NCBI GenBank assembly: GCA_963817955.1
Contig: CAWFQK010000001.1
Span: 480,001-544,000 of the forward strand
Source: an uncultured Gemmatimonadaceae bacterium
Lineage (GTDB): Bacteria; Gemmatimonadota; Gemmatimonadetes; Gemmatimonadales; Gemmatimonadaceae
DNA: 64,000 nt
Direction of reading: 5' to 3'
In this document: positions 17,698 to 28,892 of the stretch, one piece after another
Numbering within the stretch: the first letter of the stretch is position 1
Layout: each line of letters starts with the position of its first letter
Notes under the pieces: generated by a model
The model's input: only the letters and a program-made list of their open reading frames with translations
Told to the model about the DNA's origin: nothing
Database searches by the model: none
Translations under genes and position numbers: made by a program

Positions 17698-17722
17698 GGT
17701 GGCCATTTGGCCCGAATACGCA
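17698..17722 (-). mobile_element. Possible second IS21-like end, inverted relative to 12457
   Basis: Minus strand tgcgtattcgggcca versus tgcgtatttcggcca (13/15 identical). Confidence 0.35.
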
Positions 17723-17819
17723 ACGCTCAAACCAAGCTTACTGGTTATCGCCTTGGCGACCGCCTACCCTTTGCTGGCGGCATCAATAATCGCTGCCGAA
17801 CGTCGCGCGCCGGGGTTGT

Positions 17820-18812
17820 CTAACGGGCGAGAACATTTCCATAGGCAGCGGCGACTTGCTTCAAGCCTTGGTCGACCGTCAGCGGAGGCGTCCAGTTTAG
17901 CGTCGCCCGTGCCTTAGTAATGTCAAGCTGTAAGGATCCAATGAGTCGTTGCGCGATCGCCCGTTGCCCAGCGAGAATCGCCAGTGACATCACCAGATTT
18001 GCCGGGACAGGTATTAGTCGCGCGGGTCGATTCATTGCGCGGGCGAGACGGCGTATTAGATCAGCGGTGGAGATGTCTTCACCGTCGCTGACGAGGAAGG
18101 TTTCGTTGGCGGCAGCCGGAATCTCGATACATGTAACGATGAAATCGACCAGGTTTTCGAGTGCGATCAAACTTCGGCGGTTGTTGATCGCCCCAAACGG
18201 AAGAGGGAATCCCAGAGCAACAGTTCTAATCAACGCGTCAAAGTTCGCCTTGACCCCCGGACCATATACCAATGGCGGGCGAATAATCACGACTTCCATA
18301 CCTGATTCAGCGGCAATTTGCCGCAAGCCTATCTCCGCTTCGTGTTTGCTGATTCCATAGGGATCCCTCGGGCAAGGCTGATCGAGTTCGCTGAAACGTC
18401 CCGATTCGCCGTTCACCTTCACCGAGCTCACAAAAACGAAACGGGTTACCCCATGCTGCGCCGCTTGGCGAGCGAAGCTCAGCGTGCCTGCCGCATTGAC
18501 TCTTCTAAACTCGGTGAGCGGGTCGCCGCTCGAGTCCCGCATCACATGCACGCGGGCCGCTAGATGCACCACGACATCGACAGCTTGGAGCGCCGCGCCC
18601 CAGTCCGTATCCGCTGCCAATCCGCTCACGACGACTCGTTCCGCCTGGAACGGCAGCTCCCGACCCTTATCTCGCACGGCCCCTCTCACTGGGTACCGGC
18701 CATCGTTGGTTAGTCGACGGATCAACGCAGTTCCGACAAAACCATTAGCACCAGTCACTAGCACGGTCGACGCTGTCTGCCCCGAAGCTGCCGGCTTCGA
18801 GATACTAGCCAC
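17820..18812 (-). CDS. NAD-dependent epimerase/reductase (WbpV/WbpK-like)
   Basis: GANGFVG, HLAARVH, YGISK, RPPLVYG. Confidence 0.9.
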   Translation of the reverse strand: MASISKPAASGQTASTVLVTGANGFVGTALIRRLTNDGRYPVRGAVRDKGRELPFQAERVVVSGLAADTDWGAALQAVDVVVHLAARVHVMRDSSGDPLTEFRRVNAAGTLSFARQAAQHGVTRFVFVSSVKVNGESGRFSELDQPCPRDPYGISKHEAEIGLRQIAAESGMEVVIIRPPLVYGPGVKANFDALIRTVALGFPLPFGAINNRRSLIALENLVDFIVTCIEIPAAANETFLVSDGEDISTADLIRRLARAMNRPARLIPVPANLVMSLAILAGQRAIAQRLIGSLQLDITKARATLNWTPPLTVDQGLKQVAAAYGNVLAR

Positions 18813-19929
18813 AATGCCAGACTCGCCGATTCACGAAGTCTGTGTAGCTCAGAATAATTCGTAGCACCTTTTCCGACACGTTGTCCGGCGCGTAATCACG
18901 AACCATGTCGAGGATCCGGTCTTCGCCACGCGTTTGGGTTCCCAAAACTTCGAGCGCGTTGATCACGCGGTCCACGTCCAGGCCGACGAGCATGACGGCT
19001 GCTTCCTCGAATCCTTCTGGTCGCTCGTGAACTTCGCGGAGGTTCAACGCGGGAAAGTTGAGGATTGAAGACTCTTCCGTGATCGTTCCACTGTCGGACA
19101 GCACGGCCCGGGCCCCGATCTGAAGCTTGATATAATCGAGAAATCCGAACGGCTCGTGGAATTGCACATTGGAGTGCGCCGTCAGCCCCAGCGCGTCAAT
19201 ACGCTTCCGCGTTCGCGGGTGAGTGGAGACTACGACGGTCTCATCGTAACGCGCCGCAAGGCTATTTAGAATATCGAACAACCGCGCGAGGTTTCGGGGA
19301 GAGTCGACGTTTTCCTCTCGGTGCGCGCTCACAACAAAATATTGTCGCTCTCTCAGGCCTAACCGCGACAGCACGTCGGAACCCTCGATGCCAGGCCAAT
19401 AGTGCTCGAGGACCTCTCGCATCGGGCTTCCGATCTTGATCACCTGGTCAGGTGGCAGCCCCTCCCGCAACAGATATGATCGGGCAATCTCGCTGTACGG
19501 AAGGTTGATGTCGGAGACGTGATCGACAATCCGGCGATTGGTCTCCTCGGGCACCTGAAAATCGAAGCACCGGTTGCCGGCTTCCATATGGAAGATGGGA
19601 ACTTTTCGCCGCTTTGCCGCAATCGCGGCGAGGCAGCTGTTTGTATCGCCGAGCAGCAGCAGAGCCTCCGGCTTGTACTGCTCGATGGCCCTGTCCGTCG
19701 CGATGATAACCTGCCCGATCGTTTCTGCCGCAGTTTCACCAGCAGCCCCCATGAAATGATCGGGCGTTCGTATCTCGAGGTTCTCGAAGAACACCTCGTT
19801 GAGGCCGTAATCGTAGTTCTGCCCCGTATGCACCAGCACGTGATCACAGTGGCGATCCAACTTGTCGATGACGCGCGACAGCCGTATGATCTCGGGGCGG
19901 GTGCCGACGACCGTCATGACTTTAAGCAC
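18805..19929 (-). CDS. UDP-HexNAc 2-epimerase (FnlC/WbjD/Cap5G type)
   Basis: [34 protein letters not shown]. Confidence 0.92.
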   Translation of the reverse strand: MLKVMTVVGTRPEIIRLSRVIDKLDRHCDHVLVHTGQNYDYGLNEVFFENLEIRTPDHFMGAAGETAAETIGQVIIATDRAIEQYKPEALLLLGDTNSCLAAIAAKRRKVPIFHMEAGNRCFDFQVPEETNRRIVDHVSDINLPYSEIARSYLLREGLPPDQVIKIGSPMREVLEHYWPGIEGSDVLSRLGLRERQYFVVSAHREENVDSPRNLARLFDILNSLAARYDETVVVSTHPRTRKRIDALGLTAHSNVQFHEPFGFLDYIKLQIGARAVLSDSGTITEESSILNFPALNLREVHERPEGFEEAAVMLVGLDVDRVINALEVLGTQTRGEDRILDMVRDYAPDNVSEKVLRIILSYTDFVNRRVWHCG

Positions 19930-20980
19930 CGACGGCCTCCTGGACCATCGGCAGCTGCATCAACACTTTCTTGACCTGTTCGACCTCGAGTCGCCTGGTG
20001 TTGTGCGAGGTGTAGTCGTCAATTCTCGAGATAGCGGTTTCTCCTTCGACAAAATACTTGTCGTAGTTCAGACTGCGCGAGTCCGCCGGGATCCGATAGT
20101 AGCCCCCCAGGTCTTCGGCGCGCGCCATCTCCTCGCGAGAGACAAGTGACTCGTACAGTTTTTCTCCGTGACGCGTCCCGATGACTCGGATCTCATTCTT
20201 CTTACGCATCAGCTCCTTGAGCGCCTGCGCCAGATCACCGATGGTCGATGCGGGTGCCTTCTGGACGAAGATGTCGCCAGGCCTGGCGTGCTCGAACGCG
20301 TACAGGACCAGATCCACGGATTCGTCGAGTGACATGAGAAACCTCGTCATACTCGGATCGGTGAGCGTCATCGGTCTCCCCTCCTTCAGCTGATCGATGA
20401 ACAGCGGGATCACCGATCCCCGTGACGCCATGACGTTCCCGTATCTGGTGGCGCACAGGACGGTCTTCTCCGGATTGCACAGGCGCGATTTGGCGACCAT
20501 CACCTTCTCCATCATCGCCTTGGACATGCCCATCGCATTGATCGGATAGACAGCCTTATCCGTGCTGAGCACAACGCACCGTCGGACGCCATTGGCGATG
20601 GCGGCTCGCATCACGTTTTCGGCGCCAATCACGTTCGTGCGCATCGCCTCCATCGGATAGAACTCGCACGAGGGTACTTGTTTCAGAGCGGCGGCGTGAA
20701 AGACGTACTCCACGTCCAGCATGGCATCGTGGACGCTGTCGTACTCGCGTACGTCGCCGATGTAGAACTTCACTTTGTCGCTCTGCAGAGCGAGGCGCAT
20801 ATCCTCCTGCTTCTTCTCGTCTCGGCTGAAGACGCGAATTTCCGCGAAATCGGAATGCAGGAGTCGACGCAGCACCGCATTGCCAAACGAGCCGGTGCCT
20901 CCGGTAATCAGCAGAGTTTTGTCTTTGAACGACGAGGGATTGCCGTGTAATCTCATTGATTGTTCACGCCTGGTTCGCAA
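19922..20980 (-). CDS. fnlA: UDP-GlcNAc 4,6-dehydratase/5-epimerase (FnlA/WbjB/Cap5E type)
   Basis: [35 protein letters not shown]; start may be 20956. Confidence 0.92.
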   Translation of the reverse strand: MRTRREQSMRLHGNPSSFKDKTLLITGGTGSFGNAVLRRLLHSDFAEIRVFSRDEKKQEDMRLALQSDKVKFYIGDVREYDSVHDAMLDVEYVFHAAALKQVPSCEFYPMEAMRTNVIGAENVMRAAIANGVRRCVVLSTDKAVYPINAMGMSKAMMEKVMVAKSRLCNPEKTVLCATRYGNVMASRGSVIPLFIDQLKEGRPMTLTDPSMTRFLMSLDESVDLVLYAFEHARPGDIFVQKAPASTIGDLAQALKELMRKKNEIRVIGTRHGEKLYESLVSREEMARAEDLGGYYRIPADSRSLNYDKYFVEGETAISRIDDYTSHNTRRLEVEQVKKVLMQLPMVQEAVGA

Positions 20981-21030
20981 CGCTTAGGGGGAATCTGGCC
21001 GACGTCCGGATCGCGGTCCGCGGCCGCTGG

Positions 21031-21924
21031 CTAGCCAAAGTCTCGCATCGCCCGAATCGAGTCGGACCAGGCTAGTGGGACGTAGCCCGTAAGTTGGCGG
21101 AACCGTGTCGAGTCCAACGAACGATTGATGACCACGTGGTCGTTCGGAGCGATCTCGATCGATTTGCCGTAGACCTGAGCGAGCAGCCCAAGTAGGTCAA
21201 ACTTGGTAATAGGATCTGAAGAAACGTGGTACAACCCGTTCATCTCTGGCCTCGGGATGATGAAATCCCGGATTACACGCGCCAGCTCAACGGTCGGCAA
21301 GCCCGAAAAGACTGCGCGCGTGAATCCTTGGACTGTCTCTCTCTGACCGAGAAACCAGCCAACCAGTCCATGTGCGGTGTTGAGCTCATGTCCGATGATA
21401 GACGTACGAATGGTCACGGTATGCGGGTAGGCAACCTCTCCGAGAAACTTGCTCCTTCCATACAGATCTTTCGCGTCGGAATCGTCACTTTCGCGATACA
21501 TCCCTCCTCGTCCTGAAAACACGCAGTCCGTACTGATATGGACGAGGCGCGCTCCGCCAACTTCGCAAAGACGGGCTAAACGGTGGGGCAGAAGCGCGTT
21601 GATTGGAATTGCCGCGAGCGGATCGTCGGCTTCGGCGAGTTGCTTCACAAGTCCGATAGCGTTGACCACGACGTCGGGCTGGACTTGAGCTAACACCTTT
21701 GTCAGACTGTCGAAATTATCCACGTCCACAAAGGGCACAACGTTCTTGCGAAGTTCGTGTGGGAGATATTCCAAGGCGGAAGCAGATCGCACAGTGCCCA
21801 TGACGGATATCCCCTCGCTCGCGGCAAAGAAGCGCAGAAGTGCATTGCCGAGCATACCACTCGCGCCAAGCACCAGGACCGAAGGCATGGAGGGGGAATC
21901 ATTGTTCTGTTTTTTCATGGCCAC
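21031..21924 (-). CDS. RmlD-like SDR reductase
   Basis: GASGMLG, HISTDCVFSG, YGRSK, RTSIIG; no cupin tail. Confidence 0.88.
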   Translation of the reverse strand: MAMKKQNNDSPSMPSVLVLGASGMLGNALLRFFAASEGISVMGTVRSASALEYLPHELRKNVVPFVDVDNFDSLTKVLAQVQPDVVVNAIGLVKQLAEADDPLAAIPINALLPHRLARLCEVGGARLVHISTDCVFSGRGGMYRESDDSDAKDLYGRSKFLGEVAYPHTVTIRTSIIGHELNTAHGLVGWFLGQRETVQGFTRAVFSGLPTVELARVIRDFIIPRPEMNGLYHVSSDPITKFDLLGLLAQVYGKSIEIAPNDHVVINRSLDSTRFRQLTGYVPLAWSDSIRAMRDFG

Positions 21925-21933
21925 CTTGAGGCG

Positions 21934-23151
21934 TTACTCCGCTACGAGATCTTGGAAGCGCTCGACAAGCTGTCGCGCAAGGATGTCTGGAGCAAAATGT
22001 CTTTGGTAGAAACTGCGGCCTGCTTCGCCCATCCGAGCCCGCTCCTCGTCAGAGGCCGTCCATAATTTCATCACGGCTTCGGCCAATGCGACCGCGTCTT
22101 CCGCTGGAACGGCGAGTCCCGCCTCAGCTTGCAATATGACTTCCGCACCCTCGCCGTCTAAGGCGGCAATGATTGGACGCCCTGCCGCGAGGTAGGCCTG
22201 CACCTTCGCGGGAATGGTTTGGCTCATGGTCGGGCTCCGTTTGAGACTGACCAACAGCGCCGAAGCCTGAGCCAGGATCGGCGGCATTTCCTCCGCTGCA
22301 TATCGTCCCGGCAGTTGAATGTTCGTCAACCCACGCCGCGATGCCTCAGCGTTCAGCCACGCACTCCGGCTCCCGCTCCCGACCAACACAAACCGGATCT
22401 CCGGCTTGTTGCGGAGCAATTCCGCAGAATCGAGCACCATCTCGAGTGCCTGCACGCTGCCCAGGTTTCCGGCGAACACAACATTGAATCCCGCGTCTAG
22501 CTGCAACGTCGGCTCGCCTGAGCCACTCGGCAAGCCAAAGCTCCCTTCGCCAGGGTTCGGGAAATACTCAACAGGCACCTCGCCAGCCAACTCGCGAATC
22601 GACTTCACGAATGACCTAGACTGCCCAAGGAGCAGATCGTTTCTGTGGTAGATCCATCGAACCAACGACCTGACCACGCGCAGAACGGTTGAATTCCGAA
22701 TGAAGCCAGTCGACTCCAGGCTTTGCGGCCAGAGATCCTGAACCCAAGTCACCAGTCGCGCCTTCTTCAATCGGGCTATGAAAATCGCTGGTAGAGCCTG
22801 AAGGATCGGAGAAGGCGCGTACACGAGCACGACATCGAACCGCTTTCCGCGAAGCAGCCATGGCCCAAACATCGCCGCCGCGATGGCGAATGAGGCATAG
22901 TTCGCGATCAGCCGCATCGCCGACGCGTTCCCTCGGGGAACGAGGGGCACGCGATAGATCGTGAACCCCTCTCCATGAAGCTGCTCGCGAATCGATAGAG
23001 CGGAATAGCCGCGAAAGATGACCCCTTCGGGGTAATTCGGCTGGCCGGTCAGAATCGTGACGGTACAACCGGCGGCACGGAGCGACCTCACGAGTTCCGT
23101 GATGCGGAACGCTTCCGGCCAGAAATACTGGGTGACGATCAGTATCCTCAT
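21934..23151 (-). CDS. GT4 glycosyltransferase (WbuB/WbjE-like)
   Basis: MRILIVTQYFWPE, PNYPEG, VQDLWP, FAGNLG, IPAKVQAY. Confidence 0.9.
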   Translation of the reverse strand: MRILIVTQYFWPEAFRITELVRSLRAAGCTVTILTGQPNYPEGVIFRGYSALSIREQLHGEGFTIYRVPLVPRGNASAMRLIANYASFAIAAAMFGPWLLRGKRFDVVLVYAPSPILQALPAIFIARLKKARLVTWVQDLWPQSLESTGFIRNSTVLRVVRSLVRWIYHRNDLLLGQSRSFVKSIRELAGEVPVEYFPNPGEGSFGLPSGSGEPTLQLDAGFNVVFAGNLGSVQALEMVLDSAELLRNKPEIRFVLVGSGSRSAWLNAEASRRGLTNIQLPGRYAAEEMPPILAQASALLVSLKRSPTMSQTIPAKVQAYLAAGRPIIAALDGEGAEVILQAEAGLAVPAEDAVALAEAVMKLWTASDEERARMGEAGRSFYQRHFAPDILARQLVERFQDLVAE

Positions 23152-23235
23152 GGAGCGCTCGGTCCCCTGGCGGTCGACGCCGACGTCAGCGACCAGTCGC
23201 CGAAAGCCTGAAGCACTGTCTTTCACGCCGCCTCG

Positions 23236-24408
23236 TCAGCTCGAACCGATGACGTCCAGGAACAACCGACGATTTGCTTCCGACACCGCGGGGTCCGCCG
23301 ATCGCCGGTTCGCGTAATCATGGACCCGTTCCCGCCAGGCACGGTACTTGGGTCCGTCAACCGTGTATGCCTTCTCGATCGCTAAGACAAAAGCATCCGT
23401 ATCCTTCAGCGGCAGATCCCACCCGACGCCGACTGCTTCGAGACCCCGCCAGGGCGTCGTGTCGGCAATCAGGACCGGAGTACCCGCTCGCATGGATTCG
23501 AGAATCACGTGACCAAAATTCTCTCCCCTGGTGGGAAACAAAAAGAGATCGTGGGCTCGAAAAGCTTCGTCGACTCGTCCGTGTTCCAAAGTCCCTTGGT
23601 AGCGTGCCGACACCCGCTCTGGAAGTTCTCTCATCACAGTCTGACAGCCTGCCCAGTATGCACCGTCTTCACGAGGGCCGTAGATGTCGAAGACGACGGG
23701 ACACCGGACCCTGGCGAGAATTTGCAAGGCAAAATCCAAATTCTTTTTGGGAGAGATTCGTGAGATGAAACAGATCCTGAGCGGATCGCCTTTCCGTCTC
23801 GTCACTTCGCCGTTTGGCAATGCCAGAGTCGGCCGAGCCGGCAAGTCAGGCGCAACGACGATTTCATCCATTCGCACGCCAATGAATCGCTGAATATCGG
23901 CAGATTCATGCTCACTAGAAGCTTGCCATGTAAGCTGGCGGTGAAACCCGGCGACTCTGCTGAGAGTGCGATACGCCACCTTCTTTGGCGCCTTCAGGGA
24001 TAGAGCGCCTTCGGAGAACTCCCCCCGGGGCGCCAGAACCGACGGTCGCGACTGGAAGGATCGCAGCCGCCGCGCTACGAGCGGACGTGCGGAGAACACG
24101 GGGTCAAAATAGCTGTTGAGGTACAGGACGTCGTGCAGCGTAGCCCGAATCACACTTGCCAGCCCAAAAAGGGATTGCATGCGTGGGGAGGCGTAGAAGA
24201 CACGGGATCCGCCTACGTCATTCCACCTGTCAACTTTAACATTCGAAAAGGGCCGATCGTCCCCAAGATCGCGGTCGGACGTAATGATCTTGAAATCCAA
24301 CTCATCGCCCAGTTGATCGGCCATGTTGGCGATGGTCCGCAGAGGACCACCAGCCTTGTAGCCGGGGAGATAGTATCTGAGGAGAACGAGTACTGTTGGC
24401 CTTGTCAT
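23236..24408 (-). CDS. GT4 glycosyltransferase
   Basis: YLPGYKAGGP, SRISPKKN, ENFGHVILES. Confidence 0.9.
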   Translation of the reverse strand: MTRPTVLVLLRYYLPGYKAGGPLRTIANMADQLGDELDFKIITSDRDLGDDRPFSNVKVDRWNDVGGSRVFYASPRMQSLFGLASVIRATLHDVLYLNSYFDPVFSARPLVARRLRSFQSRPSVLAPRGEFSEGALSLKAPKKVAYRTLSRVAGFHRQLTWQASSEHESADIQRFIGVRMDEIVVAPDLPARPTLALPNGEVTRRKGDPLRICFISRISPKKNLDFALQILARVRCPVVFDIYGPREDGAYWAGCQTVMRELPERVSARYQGTLEHGRVDEAFRAHDLFLFPTRGENFGHVILESMRAGTPVLIADTTPWRGLEAVGVGWDLPLKDTDAFVLAIEKAYTVDGPKYRAWRERVHDYANRRSADPAVSEANRRLFLDVIGSS

Positions 24409-24619
24409 GACGCAACGTTTGGTTCGATCCGGCGAATGCTTCGAGGCCGCCGTCTTACTCGTGAAATGGGATACACCGCGGGCGCGCTGGAGTTGACCGC
24501 ACGGATCCGCAACCGGTCGACTGCGGCTGTAGCTGTGGGAGGCGCTGGAGACTGTAGTGGCTGGAACGTCGTGCGGCTGACCGGCCATTGTTCGCGCAAG
24601 CTCCACCAATCCCATCGGC

Positions 24620-24973
24620 ACGCGATGCTCAGCAAGGGTCCGGCGCAATCGAACATGGCGCATGCGACATTACCTTCGGCGTTGTTGTAAGCACCGAGGA
24701 GAAAAGCCGCTCCCGCGCTCCGATTCTCCCATGTGCGGCATGAAAAACCGGCGTCGCCATGTATGGGACCAGCACGCGGTAGCGCCCATGGCCCCTCGCC
24801 GCGGCCGGCGAGTGCTCCACGATGCTGTAGTACTGAGCCGAGTCGACGTTCCCGGTCTTGCGCGCGTCGTAACGGTTGAGCGTCGGGTATCCGAGCCCAT
24901 GGCAGATCGCAAAAAGAATCAGCCAGAACACTGACCGACTAACCAGTGAGCTCGAAACCCGAGGTTGTATCAT
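24620..24973 (-). pseudogene. Internally deleted membrane protein gene
   Basis: ATG overlaps the upstream stop (ATGA). Hydrophobic start FWLILFAICHGLGYPTLNRYD breaks after ~85 codons; protein-like LGAYNNAEGNVACAMFDCAGPLLSIA follows in another frame. Confidence 0.5.
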
Positions 24974-26235
24974 GCAGTCCGATCGGCAGGAGTCAACAAT
25001 CGTACCGTCGCTGCGAGTCGCTTCGGCCAATCCGAGCGCATGCAGGGCTTCTCAACGAGATAGAAATATACGGCACACGCCGCGATTAGAATCGGCGTGA
25101 TCAGCAGAAATTGCCAAACGAACCCGGTGTCAAAGTCGTTTGTTACCCGCAGCTTGATGGTGTGGCGACCGACAAACGAGATGATCGGATAGTGAAGTAG
25201 GTAGATGGTATAGCACATACCGCCGATCGTCGTGATCCAGCGATTCGAGAACAGTTTCCGAGACCACACGCCGCGGAAGGTGGCACAGTAGAGTGCGAAC
25301 GTGATCGGCGGAAAGAGCCACCGCGAGACGTCGGGATAGTGCCACAGCACAGGCAGCAAAGGCCAGCCAAGGCATGAAACCAGGTCCCATGCTGGGATTT
25401 GCGTCGGCTCGGAACGCCATTCCGAAAGATAGACGTCGGCCAGAAGGAAGCCGAATAAGAAGAACTGCAGATAGTTGAGGATGGAGATTGAGAGACGAGC
25501 GTCGGCGGCTGGAATGGCGATCCACTGGAAGACCATCGCCGCGACGATCAGGCCTACGGTGGCCAGCCGTCTCGGTACTTTGTTCCGGATGGCAAAGAGC
25601 TGCGCCAGCAGAGGGACAAGGATGTAGAACTGAATCTCCACCTCCAGCGACCAGGCGACGCTGTTGATCAGGCTCCCGGTACCGTAAATGACGTTGTGGA
25701 GATATATGAGACTGGCCGCGAGGTGTGGAAGCAGCGCCGAAGCGCTCTGGCCAACGTAGACGACAGACATCACGAAAAAGAGCAACATGCTCAATGCGTA
25801 TGGCGGCTCGAGCCGTGTTAAGCGCCGAAGGAAATACGCGCGCAACGATACGGTTTTCGAGCCGCGCAGGTGGTGCGACGCGAACGGCAGGGCGAGCACG
25901 AACCCGCTTATGACGAAGAAAAGCTGCACGCCATAGTTTCCCTGCTCCAGCACGCGCGCTGCCAAGCTGAGCGATGGATCTGCAGCATAGGGCAGACCAT
26001 TGACTAAGAGATAGCCTCGCAAGTGGAAGAGGTACACCATCAGAATCGCGACAAACCGCAGGCCGTCGATCTCGGGTACGAATCTTCCCGAGGAGGTGAC
26101 GCGCCGAAATCGCTCAAGGCCGAAGTGCGACGCGCCAGGGGACTCAACAAACCCACTCGCTTCCGCGTTGGCGGGCACGTCGGCAACTCGTGGCGACGCG
26201 TCACCGAGGAGCGAATGGTTCGCACAGTGTATCAT
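24970..26235 (-). CDS. Acyltransferase family 3 (OafA-like O-acetyltransferase)
   Basis: IDGLRFVA, GVQLFFVISGF, RRLTRLEP, WSLEVEIQFY, YTIYLLH; start uncertain. Confidence 0.9.
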   Translation of the reverse strand: MIHCANHSLLGDASPRVADVPANAEASGFVESPGASHFGLERFRRVTSSGRFVPEIDGLRFVAILMVYLFHLRGYLLVNGLPYAADPSLSLAARVLEQGNYGVQLFFVISGFVLALPFASHHLRGSKTVSLRAYFLRRLTRLEPPYALSMLLFFVMSVVYVGQSASALLPHLAASLIYLHNVIYGTGSLINSVAWSLEVEIQFYILVPLLAQLFAIRNKVPRRLATVGLIVAAMVFQWIAIPAADARLSISILNYLQFFLFGFLLADVYLSEWRSEPTQIPAWDLVSCLGWPLLPVLWHYPDVSRWLFPPITFALYCATFRGVWSRKLFSNRWITTIGGMCYTIYLLHYPIISFVGRHTIKLRVTNDFDTGFVWQFLLITPILIAACAVYFYLVEKPCMRSDWPKRLAATVRLLTPADRTA

Positions 26236-26374
26236 CGGGCTAGCTCGCCCCCTCGGGAATGACATTCTGCATCGTCGGTGCGTACCGGTACCAAAATGGG
26301 AAGAGTCTCTACCTTTCCCGTTGTGCGCGCTTCGTAACGGGTTGAGGATGCAATCGCTTGCTGGCCGGCCGGGA

Positions 26375-27731
26375 TCATGCCGAAGCTGTGACGGCGCTGG
26401 CACTTTGCATTGGACGGCTCGGTTGAGCCGCGGATGCCGTCTGATAGAGCTGGCCGACCAAAAGCCAGTACATCGCCCCGACTCCATCGTAGACAAGGCT
26501 GTTCCCCGTAATTCCGAACACAATATAGATCGCCAGGAAACAGTAGAAAAGCGTGAGCTCCTCCGTAGTTCGCATGCGCGTTCCAGTGCTGTACAGCATG
26601 ACGACGATAACGACAGTGAGTAGAATCATCCCGAGCGCCCCGATCCGTTGACCCATTTCGAGAAAGATGTTATGCGATCCCCAGAACCACTCTTCGGACC
26701 TGCCTCTGAATCCGAAATAGACGTCCATAACGCGTCCCGCGGGAACCACGAACGCCGACGAATGGGCAATCTGGTCAAACGACGCGTCCCAAATAGGCTT
26801 TCTATCGCCGAGCAACTTGAATTCCGCGTAGCCCTTTATGCTCGTCAAATCGAACCGGTCCGCCGCAGGCAACCGTAGCACGAAGATCGTGAGGAGAATC
26901 GGAAGAGCCAGTCCGGCGATCATGATCGGCTTCCGACGCAATAGATGATTCGTCAGGCGGTTCGTGGTGAGAAGAGCCAGAAAGGTCAGGCTGACGAGGA
27001 TGATTCCAAGACCGGTCAGCGTTGAGCTCTGCGACGCAATGATCTTCAACGCATACGCGAATGGGATGAGCGCCAGGAGACGTGGCTTCAAGCGCAGCCA
27101 CGCGTAGGGAATCAAACCGAATGCTATGAACAGCCAGTGGCCGCTCGTGAGTCCCAGAACCAACAGAAGCATCGAAAGGAAGAGAATCCGGTCGAGCACC
27201 GCCAAGAACTCCTCGCGACTACGCACGCACTGCGGCACGAGCACCGCGCCAACCGACAACGCGATGCGTAACCCCACCGTGAGGCCGGCGGGGTTCTTGT
27301 TTCCGGCAAGCACCGAATAGACCAGACCGATGCTCGCCAATGCGACGGCTGTGAGCCAACCCACCGTCAGAGCCCGGAGGTGGATTTGCTTGAAGCGAAG
27401 CAGTACTCTGATCAGGATCGCGAGCGAGAAAACCAGCCTCGTCGAGAGTGCGATCGGACCGACGAAAAACACGCTGCTGAGATGGTCGAAGATTCCCGGG
27501 GTTGTGCCAAGGTCCTGTGCGCCCGGATCTGTCGACGCAAAAACGATCGAAGGGACCAGCAGCACGAAGATCAGATAAAGATCGACGCGCTTTCGCCTCA
27601 CGAAGTGAACGAAGAGCCAAGCACAGGCTGGCAGCAATCGCGACCCCGCTAATCGCCCCGCCGAAGTGTAGCGCGACAAGGAAGTAGGCGGCGCCATAAG
27701 ATCTGAGATGCCGGACTATTATAGTCAGCAC
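26375..27731 (-). CDS. O-antigen ligase/polymerase (Wzy_C-like) membrane protein; probable frameshift near 27625
   Basis: Many transmembrane helices; DRKPIW and GSHNIFLE. A hydrophobic N-terminus lies in another frame starting at 27731. Confidence 0.7.
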
Positions 27732-27755
27732 GTGAGCGTCACCATTGCAGAGACG

Positions 27756-28892
27756 TCACCGGCATGCTGCGGCTGTCGCCTCCAGGAGCCGGGCCGCTTC
27801 TTTCTCCCAAGTGTTCATTCTCAGAAACCTATCCAGCTCTCGGCTGTATCGATCCCGCTCGCTCGCGACCGCGGTCAACGCGGCGGCGACACTCTCTGGA
27901 GTGACTTCCCCATCACATCCGACGAGCCGGCCCATTGGATGCGTCTCGAACAGGCTCCTGATTGTCGGCTGACACGTTGCCACCATCGGCAGGCCAGCCT
28001 GCGCATACTCTATCACCTTGTTGGGCGCGCAGAGTATTTCGTTGATGCTCCGCATTGAGTACGAGATGAAGCCGATATCTGCCTGTCGGATCACGTCGAA
28101 GACTTCCGCGTGCGGTACCGGTCCGATTACTCGCAAGCGATCTTCCGCGGTGTCGGCTGCCAAAGCGCGCACCGCACTGAGATCCGGCCCGTTGCCGACG
28201 AAGACCAGCTTGAAGTTCTTCGGGAGAAAGGGCAGCGTCTCGAGCAGCACACTGAGGCCACGGCCGAGATTGATGTCTCCCATGTAGACGACGTGAACGT
28301 CCTCGGATCGTGCTCGCCGGAGATCCGCATAGCGACTGAGCACCTCCGAATCATCAAGGTGGCCGGATGGAGTAGGCGGGATATTCTTCACCGCGACGGG
28401 AACTTCCGACAACCTATAGTGATCATGCATCACGGCTGCTCGTTCAGCATTGGCCGCGAGCACCAAGTCCGCCCGCCTCACTACCAGTCGTTCGAGTCGG
28501 TAGAAGAACCATTCCTTTCGCGTCATCGGCTGGCCCTCGGTGGGCACGATCAGCTCGTGCGCATCGTAGATGAAGCAGGCGCCGGAGAGGCGAGCGGCGA
28601 GCCAGCCGGGGAACGGCAAGAAGAAGTCGTTCGCGTACACGCTATCCGGTCGCATCCTCAACGCCGTGCGCAGAAGGACGAGCCAAAACACGAGCAGCCT
28701 TCCAATGCTCCCGAAGTGGGCTGCGGGCGCGGTTCGCAGAATCTGGAATCGATCCGATTGGTACTGCCCCGACCCGCGCAGACACAGCAGCGTCACGTCG
28801 TACTCGGTCGCGAGCGCGCCGCATGTGCGCTTCACGCGACCATCGACGTCGATCGGATTATACACCGCAATCAACATCCTGCGCCTCTTCAT
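27756..28892 (-). CDS. GT4 glycosyltransferase
   Basis: DGRVKR, YDAHEL, PNKVIEYAQAGLP. Confidence 0.88.
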   Translation of the reverse strand: MKRRRMLIAVYNPIDVDGRVKRTCGALATEYDVTLLCLRGSGQYQSDRFQILRTAPAAHFGSIGRLLVFWLVLLRTALRMRPDSVYANDFFLPFPGWLAARLSGACFIYDAHELIVPTEGQPMTRKEWFFYRLERLVVRRADLVLAANAERAAVMHDHYRLSEVPVAVKNIPPTPSGHLDDSEVLSRYADLRRARSEDVHVVYMGDINLGRGLSVLLETLPFLPKNFKLVFVGNGPDLSAVRALAADTAEDRLRVIGPVPHAEVFDVIRQADIGFISYSMRSINEILCAPNKVIEYAQAGLPMVATCQPTIRSLFETHPMGRLVGCDGEVTPESVAAALTAVASERDRYSRELDRFLRMNTWEKEAARLLEATAAACR

